In this document: one piece after another, positions 54,587 through 64,000 of the stretch | Position numbering within the stretch: position 1 is the first letter of the stretch | Layout of the letters: the number at the start of each line of letters is the position of its first letter | Assembly (NCBI RefSeq): GCF_009914755.1 | Contig: NC_060944.1 | Reading direction: 5' to 3' (one strand) | Source: the human T2T-CHM13v2.0 reference genome, Homo sapiens | Length of the DNA: 64,000 bases | The notes under the pieces: model-generated | Told to the model about the DNA's origin: nothing | The model's database searches: none | The model's input: only the letters and a program-made list of their open reading frames with translations | Translations under genes and position numbers: made by a program

Positions 54587-54882
54587 GGGGTCTGGCACAG
54601 TGGCTCACGCTTGTAATATCAGCACTTTGGGAGGCCGAGGCAGGTGGATCACTTGAGGCTCAGGAGTCTAAGATCAGCCTGGGCAAATGGAAAAACCCCG
54701 ACTCTACTAAAAATAGAAAAATTAGGTGGGCATGATAGTGATGTTGTGCACTTCCAGCTACTCCAGAGGCTGAGGCGGGAGGATCACCTGAGCCTGGGAC
54801 ATGGAGGTTGCAGTGAGCTGAGATCACACCAGGCCAGTGCACTCCAGCCTGGGCCACAAAGCGAGACCCTGTCTCAAAAAAA
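54587..54882 (+). mobile_element. Diverged Alu (AluJ-like)
   Basis: Dimeric Alu structure with many substitutions. Confidence 0.85.
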
Positions 54883-55109
54883 CTAAACTTAAAAAACCAA
54901 ACTCATTGGGGAGAGGACAAACAAAACCTGGCTGAGGGCTGGCACCAGATTGCAAGCTCTGATGTGTCAACCCTTTGTGCCTTACTCTTCTCAAAGCTTG
55001 TTTCTCCAGACCCCTCCCCATGCTCCTCCTCCCTGCCCTGCACCCGGGAGGTGGACCTGGACAGGCTGCATCAAAGCCCTCCTTGCATTCTGGCTGGTGT
55101 TGGTGCAAC

Positions 55110-55478
55110 ACATAAAATTTCATGTGTCAACTTGGCTGAGCCATGGTGCCCAGGGATTTAGCTATGCATCACTCTTGATGTTTCCGTGAGTATGTTTTGA
55201 GATGAGATTAACATTTGAATAAGTGGGTTTTGAGTAGGGTGGATCACCCTTCAGAATGTGAATGGGTCTCATCCATCAGTGGGAGGCCTGAATATTGCAA
55301 CAGACTGACCCTTCCTGAGCAAGAGGACGCTCTGCAGCAGATAGCCTTCAGGTTCCAACTGCAGCACTTTCTTGGCTCTCCAGCCTCCTGGTCTCCCCAT
55401 CAGATTTTGGACTTGCTAAGCCTCCACAATGGTGTGAGCCAATTCCTAAAAGAAATCTTTCTCCTTCTGTCTTGATAA

Positions 55479-55536
<58 letters not shown>

Positions 55537-55565
55537 GTTTGTTGGTTTCTCTAGGGAGCCCTGAC
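55110..55565 (+). mobile_element. MLT2-like ERVL LTR fragment containing (CA)26 at 55481-55532
   Basis: ttcatgtgtcaacttggctgag...gatgagattaacattt...gtgagccaattcc...ttggtttctctaggg. Confidence 0.7.
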
Positions 55566-55902
55566 TCCCCAGAAGGAGAGCTGAGGGATAGAGGAGAGGA
55601 AGAGCCCCCTCCTTCCTGCAGTCACCAAGAGCCAGCTGCATCCCTGGACCCAGATCCCATCAGGAAGCTTGCTCCCTTGAGGCCTTGGGCTGGGAGGTGC
55701 TCCTCTACTCTTCACTCCCTGATTTCTCAGCACTGGGGTCCCACAATTTTCCTGTGGTCCCCCTACTCTCTGCTGACCTTGTAACTTGACCTTTTACTAA
55801 ACTCTCTACAAATTAGCTAGTTTGTATACTTTCTATTTCCTCTTGAGACCCCACCTACGTGCTCTCATTTCTCAGATGAAAAAATCGAAATCCAAAATAG
55901 TA

Positions 55903-56196
55903 GGCCAGGTGCAGTGGCTCGTGCCTATAATCCCTGTGCTTTGGGAGGCAAAAGCAGGAGGACTGCTTGAGGCCAGGAGTTTGAGACCAGCCTAGGCAAC
56001 ATAGCAAGACCCTGTCTGCGCAAAAAAAATTAGAAAATAAGCCAGGTATGGTGGTGCACACCTGTAGTCCTTTTTACTCAGTAGGCTAAGGTGGGAGGAT
56101 CACTTGAGCCCAGGAGTTCAAGGTTACGGTGAGCTATAATTGCACCCCACACTCCAGCCTGGGCTACAGAGCAAGATCCAGTCTCAAAAAAAAAAA
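55903..56196 (+). mobile_element. Alu (AluJ-like) inserted in a MIR
   Basis: Dimeric Alu; TSD aaaatagta. Confidence 0.9.
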
Positions 56197-57649
56197 TAGT
56201 AAAGAGATCTGCTCAAGGTCACACAGCATGTTAGAGATGGAGCCAGGATTCCAATGAGGCTTATTGAACTCCTTGTTTAGTGATTTTTATTTCTTCTCCT
56301 TTTTACGATACCATCACCACCTCTATTTCTCCACCTACTTGACTCTATATCTGTTTGGCACTCATATTGGAATATGTCTGTGTGTAATCTGTCACTATGT
56401 GTACCTGTAGTTCATCACTTCTGTGTGTTCCTGTGTTTTCCTTGGTGGATTTCCTTTATATTTTATTTCAATACTCTCCCGGTGATGATCACCTAGGTGG
56501 CCTCAAACAACCGTGGCACAAATATCCTTTGACACTGTCTCCTTAGGACCCATGAGGTAGTTTTCTGGGTCATAGGAAATACAGATAATGAATACCCCTA
56601 ATTACTGCCAAGATGCTGGCCGGGCTGACAGGATTTCTGTTTCCTTATATCCTACCAGGACTTATTGTCCACTTTTCTTATTTTTCCCAGTCTGATTGGC
56701 ATGTTGTTGAATTTATTTTAATTTGCATTTCCCTGCAAATTATAAACACATAGGTTTGGGTATCTCTTCATAATCCTGTTGGCCATGTAGATATCTCTTT
56801 TCAGGATGACATTTCGTACCTTTTGTCCACTTTTTTCTTGGGGGCTATGGTAAATGGCTTCCAAACACGGCAGCCCACTGTCCCTGGTGGATGCCGCCCC
56901 TACCATCAAGGGCTGGAGTCTATTTCCTTCCCCTTGAACCAGGCCAGTCCTGTGGGCTACTTTGACCAATAGAATTTGGCAGAATTGACGTTCTTAGACT
57001 TCCACATCCTGCCCTTAGAGGCCTTTTAGCTTCGGTTTTTGTTGCTCTTGAAGGCCACTATCATGTAAAGAGGTCAAGGATAGACTCCTGGAGAAGCTAC
57101 GTGAAGAGAGACCCTGAAGTGTCAGCGGCCATTGCAGACCTTCCAGCCCTAGCAAAACTCCCAGCTCACGGGGCAGAGACAATGCCATCCCTGCAGAGCT
57201 CTGTCCAAATGCAGAAACGTGAGCCGAGAAATTGCTGTTTCAAAGTTCTAAGTTTGAGGATGGCTTGTTATGTGGCCACAGGTAACAAAAACAAGGTTTG
57301 GTTTGGTTTTGTTTGTCTTGTCTTTTCTGAGTTGGGGTGCTTCTCATATCTTCTGGACATGAGCCCTTGGTGTATTCCAATGACTCTGTACCAGCCCTGC
57401 CATCTCCTTGTTCCTATGCTGCCATGAGCGTACCGTAATGGTGCTGCCGCCTTCTGCCTGCAGATCTTTTTCACTAAGAATGGCAAAGCCCTTCAGGCTT
57501 CAAGGACTGAGTAACATCCGGTCAGAGCAAGCTAGAATGCCTTCTCAGGAAAGCTGCAGAGACACCTGGTAACCAGCCAGAAGAGGCAGACTCTAGATTT
57601 CCAAATGCCACAAAGTTCCAGCTCAGAGCACCCAACTAAGTGAAGCAAT

Positions 57650-58010
57650 CTGCTCATCTGAAACTCTGCACTTGCAGTCCCCTTGCCTGGAATGTTCTCC
57701 CCAGAGACTCCCCATCGCTCCCACCTTCTCCCTTCCTCCCACATTGCCATGAGCATCTGGCTGACTCCTTCAGGTCTCAATCTAGTGCCACCTGCTCAGA
57801 GAAGTCCTCTCCGTCCACCCTGGCTAAAGTAGCCTCTGAGTCAGTTTAACATCTTGGTCATTTTCTTCTTAGCCGGCATCATGACACATGACTTGTTTAT
57901 GTTTCTATTGCCTGTCTCCCCTGCCAGCTTGTAAGTTCCATGTGGGCGGGACAATGAACCAGAACATGACAGGTTCCCAATAAATGTTTATTGAATGAAT
58001 AAATGGAAGA
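57650..58010 (+). mobile_element. L2 3' end
   Basis: ttgcctggaatgttctcccc...gtaagttccatgtgggcggga...caataaatgtttattgaatgaat. Confidence 0.7.
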
Positions 58011-60167
58011 AGGAGTGAACAAAGTAATGAACAAAACAGACCCCAGATCAGAGGAAGAGATGGCTTTCTTGTTAATTCTGGAGCAGATTCAAGCAGCAAA
58101 TATTTACTGAACACTTGCTATGTGCTGGAAATTGTTCTAGGAACTGGAGTTACAGCAGTAAAAAAAATAACATTTGTATTTTCATAAATTTATATTCTAG
58201 AGGGAGAAGAAGATAATAAGAAAATAAGTTATACAGTGTCCTATTAAGGAGAAATTATAGCAGAGTAAGGGGGTGGAGAGTAATGAGGGTGACATTTTAG
58301 ACAGGAGGTCAGGGAAGCCTCTCAGGGAAGGTGACACCTGAGCAGGGACTTGAATAAAGTGAGTCGGGGAACCAGACATATACTTGGGAGAGAGTGTTCT
58401 AGGCAGAGGGAACAGCACATGCGAAGGCCCTGAGGCAGAGTATGTAGCTGGAGAGGGGAGGGAAGAGCAGTAGAAAATCAGAGAGGTCAACTCTGTGGAA
58501 TCCCCAGCCCAGGAATTTGGGGCTTTGAAGCTCTCTTATGTTCAGAAAGGCAAATCATCTCCAGGTCCAAAGTTGATTAACATTCTTTATTTCACAGTAT
58601 TTTTGATCAGAAGTCTTAGAAATCATGATTCATCTGGTTACAAATCCCATGAGTTTCTCTTTGAATGAACCTCTTGCTTCCAGTCCCATACAACGCATCT
58701 CCCACCAGCCCCAGTGGGTTGTAACTGTGATTCAACACTGAGTGCTCACTTGGAAAGGAGGTGGAGCTCAACTTCCAACTCAGAGGGCCTCTCCCACTGC
58801 TCTCAGGGAAATGCCCATGATTCACTTATGCTGTATCAACAACAAGTGCAGCTGGGCGCTGCCTTCCCAGCTGGCCAAGCGCTCCTAGGGGAATCTCCAC
58901 CCTCAGAGGCTTAGGAAAGGGAAGTGTGACGAGTCAGGGCCCCTGGGCTGGTGTCTTTTCCAATACTGGGCTAATGCTGGGCCATTCCATTCAGCAGACA
59001 CTTCCTGAGGGCCTGAGCTCTTCACTGGGATGCCAGAATGCTTCTGCTTGGAACAAAGAGGGATTAACCCTTGAAGGCAGACACCACTTCCAGCCTCGGG
59101 CTCACGGGGACGTCTCAGTTTTACCCATATGCAGAAGGGGACAATCTTTTGCTTGCCTGAGACATTTTACCCTGGCCTTTTACAAGGCCCCAATTTATCT
59201 TTTGACTTTTCTCTCACCCCTGACAAATGGGGCCTTTGATAATTAAACATGCTTACCACTTAAGGTGGGGCATGGAGAGATCAAGGCCACCTGCTGGGAC
59301 AAGCAGCAACTGACCGCCTTGCAGCCACAGAGGCCTATGGGGGCCACATGTAGGAGAGTCCTGGCTGGAGGGGTCATGAGTCACCCCATGGGAGGGCAGG
59401 ACCCAGGCCTGGCCTGACCCCAGAATTATGGCCAAACTGACCCAGATGAAACAGGAGAATCCTAAATCTCTTGGGTCGAGATGTCAGCTGCGGTTTCTAG
59501 AACTTCCCCTGGTATGCTCAGGAGCCCAGAGAAACAGCAAAGAGGCTTTGCACAGTCTCATGTCCTTGGAAAGCTATCTGTCCCTTTCCCTGTCTCCAAG
59601 GATTAAAAAAGAATCTCTGACTGCTGGTTATCGGCAGGGGTAAAACAACTGGTGCAGAATGGGCACCAACTAAGCAAAATCACACACTGGTTGTGAACAG
59701 CTGGAACAACTGGGTTGGAACATTGCAGCCCAGGAAAGTGATCTTTAAAGACAAGGTGGTCTCTTCAGTGTAATCGAAAGTAATCACTGGGGGATAATGT
59801 TAGCTGTGCCCATGGGAATGAATGGCCTCCTATCCCAACTGTACGAGACAAACACCATGCCAGATTTGCTCACTGTTGATGACACTGGGCTGTCTTGTAT
59901 CCTAATGATAAAACAGCTAACTGATAAAGGAGCTTATTTCTCAGGCAGCAGATCTGAGAGATACCTGGGCTTTGAACTGCATGAAAGAGAGAGAAAGTAT
60001 CCTAGATAATGGCTCATGGACTTGAGTGGGCCACTGGAGGTCACCCTTGCTTGCTGCATATTGGATTACAGAAAAGAATTATTTGATTGTTTTGTAGTGT
60101 CCTAGCAGCAGGTGATGGTGACAGCCCTTTGAGAGGGTTCAGCCTCAAGGGAGTCCTCCAGGGGGAC
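57960..60167 (-). other. SLC13A3: SLC13A3 3' UTR (end approximate)
   Basis: Follows the stop codon. Minus-strand AATAAA at 58586-58591 and 57987-57992. Confidence 0.65.
58085..58490 (-). mobile_element. L2 3' end (opposite orientation)
   Basis: caaatatttactgaacacttgctatgtgc...gttctaggcagagggaacagcacatgcgaaggccctgagg. Confidence 0.7.
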
Positions 60168-60344
60168 TCAGAGGGTCCGAAATGTGTCATTGGCCAAGGT
60201 GGGTGGCAATGCTGTGACATTGACCGAGTACATATCAGCCCAGTCCGGGAAGGTGCCCAGCTGGAAGATGGTCTGTGCCCAGGTATTCATAGCCAAACTG
60301 AGCAGCAGGACACCCATCAGGTTCATCAGGAGGCCTGTCCGCAC
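60168..60344 (-). CDS. SLC13A3: SLC13A3 last coding exon
   Basis: Acceptor tttcag|GTG at 60345. VRTGLLMNLMGVLLLSLAMNTWAQTIFQLGTFPDWADMYSVNVTALPPTLANDTFRTL*, the last TM plus two N-glycosylation sequons (NVT, NDT). Confidence 0.96.
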   Translation of the reverse strand: MRTGLLMNLMGVLLLSLAMNTWAQTIFQLGTFPDWADMYSVNVTALPPTLANDTFRTL

Positions 60345-61121
60345 CTGAAATAGAGCCCAGACAGAGGGAGGGGTCAGCACCTGACCCACCATACAGATGG
60401 AAACATTCAGACTCAGAGACAGGAAGTCACTCACCCAAGATCGCACAGCCAGGAAGTGATGGAGCCAGGACACAGACCCAGGTCGGTAAATGCCTGGGAC
60501 CCTTCAATCTTTACACTACCCTAGGCTGTCACTCAAAGAGCTGCAAGTGTCCCCATTCATTGATGGCCTCTAGGTTCCAGGCACTGTGTGCTACGCAGTT
60601 GTCACAGGGTTATGCTGTTTAACCCAGAAAGCAACCTTACAAAGGTCATTCTTATTAATCCCCATTTTATAGAAGAGAAAAATGAGACCTAGAGAAGTTG
60701 ACTTGTCCAAGGTCACCTAACTTGAAAATAATCTTGTCTGATCACTAAACACCCCCATCCCACACACATATACACACACGCATGCACACACACACGCATG
60801 CATGTAGGAACACACATATGTACACATAGGTACACACACACACTTCAGGTCCAGTCCAGTCAGGTAGTCCTAGTCAAGACTACCCTTGTCCATTGGGAAG
60901 CATTTTTCTTCTGTCGGTGGAGAATGTGCCCATCTGCTCCCTACCCTGGCTGGCCTCTTGGACCATTCAGTCCACCTTGGGCTGAAAATCCTTGTTTTCC
61001 CACCTGGGTCTTCTGGCTGCCCCGCCTTCACATAGCCCAGGCTGAATCACATGGTGAGACAGTTACTTCCTTTCTAATTCTCTTTCTGTCTATTCCTCCC
61101 AGAGAAAGTCTCTCTTAGGGG

Positions 61122-61570
61122 TGTGATAGGAAAATAAATCTTGGGGCCCCCAAATTACTAAGCTAAAGAGAAAAGTCAAACTGGGAACTACTTAGGGCCA
61201 ACCTGTCTCCCATTCTATTCAGTCATCCCTCTGCTCACTGAGTTGAATGCATATCTGATTGCCTTCTTTGGAAAGGCTCATCAGAGACTCAAAATAATGC
61301 AACCATTTGTCTCTTATATACCTATGACCTGGTAGCCCCCTGCCCTCTTTGAGTTGTCCCGCCTTTCCGGACCAAACCAATGTTCATCTTACATATGTTG
61401 ATTGATGTCTCATGCCTCCCTAAAATGTATAAAATCAAGCTGTGCTCCACCCACCTTGGGTGCATGTCGTCAGGACCTCCTGAAGCTGTGTCACAGGCGT
61501 ATGTCCTTAACTTAGGCAAAATAAACTTCCTAAATTTACTGAGACCTGTCTCAGATTTTTGGGGTTCACA
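61122..61570 (+). mobile_element. ERV1 solo LTR, MER4A-like, antisense in the last SLC13A3 intron
   Basis: TG...CA ends with 4-bp TSD gggg; aaaataaatcttgggg...gtcaggacctcctga..ctgtgtcac...ggcaaaataaactt. Confidence 0.82.
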
Positions 61571-62239
61571 GGGGCCACCATGGCTTCAGCACTTCTCTGC
61601 TCCTGTCAGTTGCCCTTTTAACAAGGAGAGGCCCAGAACCTTCTCCAGGCAGCTGCTATCAGGGAGAGCTTAATTCTTTTGTTTTTGCCGCTTTGCATTT
61701 ATTTTTAGGTTTACTGGCCATGGCATATATTAATAATACCGGTTTTCCATTGATGGATGCACTGGAAACATTTCTTCTGGAATATTCTTATTCAAGTTTT
61801 TTTTTGTTTTTTTTTTTTAATGTCAAGCTGATTTAGTAAAGGTGTTAAATAAATATTACCACGGACGGGTGGGGGACATACTGCGTGTGCTGTCCTGCCT
61901 CTCTTCTAAGGGCACAGAGGTGGAAGCCCTGGCACCTTCGGAGGATTAGAGGGAGTCGGGCCGACATGTTGGGGAAACTGGGGGAGGATTGGGTCTCCCT
62001 TTGCCAGGGCTCAAAATTCCTGCTGGTCCCATGTTAGCTACTTCATTAACACCTAACTCATTACTCTCAGGAGCGAACCTGCAGGTGGGCCATCCCTGCC
62101 CGGGACTGGCTGACCGGGGGTGCCCCTTGTACCCCTCCACATCTCTTGCAAGTCTCTACCTCTTGGGGACTCTCCATTTCTCTGGCTGTCTTTATTCTCC
62201 AAATCTATGCTGTTTGCATTGCTGCCCTCTCAGTCTTTT

Positions 62240-62880
62240 TCTCTAAGTAGCCTCCCTGCTTCCACACTTGTCCCTCCCACCCTAACGATTCACTCCAGCC
62301 AGCAGCCAAAATGATCTTCTACAGACAGAAGTGAAATCACATCATTGCCCTGCTTACCGAGGGTCCCCACTGTGGTTTGAATAAGATACCAAGTCTGTCC
62401 TGTCCCCGCTGTTCCCTGACCTCGTGTCTCCAACCTCATCCTTCTCCAACTCCACTGCAGCCACCCCAGCCTCCTGGCCCTGAATTTCTGGAGCACTCGC
62501 TGCTATTCCTCTCTTCCAGGCCTTTGTACCTGCTGTGCCCTCCATTGGGACTGCTCTTCCCCTTTTTCTCTGTGAGGCTGGCGGCTTCCCATGATCATCA
62601 GCTCCCATGTCACCTTCCTGGAGAGGGCTTCCCTGCCACCCCTCTCCCCCGTCCTCTTACACTTCCTCATGTTTTATTTCCTTCTGAGCACCTAGCAATA
62701 TTGAAATTTTACATAATTTAGGAAAATCTGCTGAACTTGTTCACGTCTGTCTCCACCAATAGAAAGCAGCCTCCTAGGAGGCGGATCGGTGTCTCTCCCA
62801 CTCTGCAGTGCCCCCAGTGGCTGGAACATAGAATGCACTCAGTAAATAGTGCTGTAATGAACGAACAAATCAATGAGTCT
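62240..62880 (+). mobile_element. L2 fragment
   Basis: ccagccagcagcc...ggcctttgtacctgctgtgccctc...ctcagtaaatag...aatgaacgaac. Confidence 0.6.
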
Positions 62881-63559
62881 CTGTCTCGTCTCTTCTCTGT
62901 TTGCTCTGTGTCTCCCTTTCTGCCTCGCTCTCACTCTCGCTCTCTCTCCCCATGTGTCCTGCAGGGGTCTTGTGCCTGGAGGGCCTGCATCGCGATTGGT
63001 TAAGCAGGTCGCCCGTCTTGGCTTTGACAGCTTTGGAAGGGTTATTTGCAAAGCCAGTGGAGAGGGAAAAGGCCGCAGGAGTCAGGAGCGGGAAGGGAGG
63101 AGCTGGTTCAGCAGGGACCTTCCGGGGGAGGGAACATATTGCCAATGGCTGGGCCCTGCTGAAAGCTGGTGGGGTCCTCCCACTGCTACAGTCCTCCGCT
63201 TCTGTCTCCTTCCCAGCTGGCTGAGCACTGAGGCCCACCCCTGAGTCCTAGGGTGTGTCTGCTGCTTCTCTCCCCCGAAGATTCTGGGCACGAAGTGGGG
63301 TCCAGAGGGAAGGGGAAGTTCCTTGCCTCTGGAGCAAATTTTGGAAAGTAGTCACTAAGGCAGTGTTTCCTGAGATTGTCTAAGTGCAGGAATCATCCCA
63401 GAGTCTCTGCTAAATGTATGTTCCTGGTCCCACTCAGAAAGATCTATTCAGAGACTGGGGAGTGGGGTCAGCGTGCAGGAGTCCTGCATAGAGGCCTTGC
63501 CCGCCCCCTTGCGGCCCACCCACATCCCGGGGCCTCTGCTGGGAAATGCCCAGACTCAC

Positions 63560-63697
63560 CATGTCTTTGACCAGCAAGTGTCCAGAGGCGAAGGCGATGG
63601 AGTTGGGGGGCGTTGAGACCGGGAGCATGAAGGCAAAGGAGCAGCCGACTGTGCCCGGAATCATCAGATACAGGGGGTGCACTCTCAGGCGGATGGC
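63560..63697 (-). CDS. SLC13A3: SLC13A3 (NaDC3 sodium/dicarboxylate cotransporter) penultimate coding exon
   Basis: AIRLRVHPLYLMIPGTVGCSFAFMLPVSTPPNSIAFASGHLLVKDM, containing the SLC13/DASS signature AFMLPVSTPPN. Acceptor cccag| at 63698, donor ATG|gtgagt at 63559; 138 nt, phase 0-0. Confidence 0.96.
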
Positions 63698-63754
63698 CTG
63701 GGCCAGGAAAAGGTGGGAGAGACCCGGAGAGAGACCAACGCAGAGCGACCACAG

Positions 63755-63985
63755 CAAGAGGGAGAGAGAGAGAGAGAGGCAGTTGGAAAGAGGGACACAA
63801 AGACGTAGAGACAGAGAGACAAAGACATCCATAGAGATTGGCAGAGTGGCAGAGAACAACAGGGACAAGTGAGAAGAGAGAGTTAGAGAGACAGAGAGAG
63901 AAAGGCAGTCAGAAAGACACATGCACAGGCAGAAACAGAGACAAGCAGGTAAGAAGAGAACCAGATCGAGAGAGAGGTGGAGAGA
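63755..63985. repeat. GA-rich low-complexity tract (a pyrimidine tract on the SLC13A3 pre-mRNA)
   Basis: Degenerate (GA)n/(GACA)n just upstream of the exon 63560-63697 acceptor. Confidence 0.75.
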
Positions 63986-64000
63986 ACATTCCCAGGGTTA

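Overview
Human (or great-ape) genomic DNA that I recognise from its proteins as the 20q13.12 interval. It holds three protein-coding genes, all on the minus strand. (1) ZNF334, a complete KRAB zinc-finger gene: CpG-island promoter at ~13.4-13.85 kb; coding exons 12214-12234, 4748-4874, 4348-4440 and 1430-3231; 680 aa; 14 intact C2H2 fingers. (2) OCSTAMP, a complete osteoclast/macrophage fusion gene: coding exons 50661-50704, 45471-46473 and 41407-42060; 566 aa. (3) The last two coding exons and 3' UTR of SLC13A3/NaDC3: 63560-63697 and 60168-60344. All junctions are GT-AG and the phases sum to integral ORFs. The rest is mostly interspersed repeats: Alu, MIR, L1/L2, MaLR/ERV LTRs (including solo LTRs with TSDs) and hAT/Tigger DNA transposons; repeat families were assigned by eye from memory of consensus sequences. 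I found no convincing wholly new biological system. The most interesting observations are cases of sequence exaptation: the last ~70 codons of OCSTAMP are read from a MIR SINE; a decayed duplicate zinc finger in the ZNF334 3' UTR carries a candidate poly(A) signal; a candidate 64-nt cassette exon could give ZNF334 a hydrophobic alternative N-terminus; a monomeric Alu with a non-Alu tail retrotransposed as a unit; and a tail-to-tail L2 pair lies at the SLC13A3 3' end.
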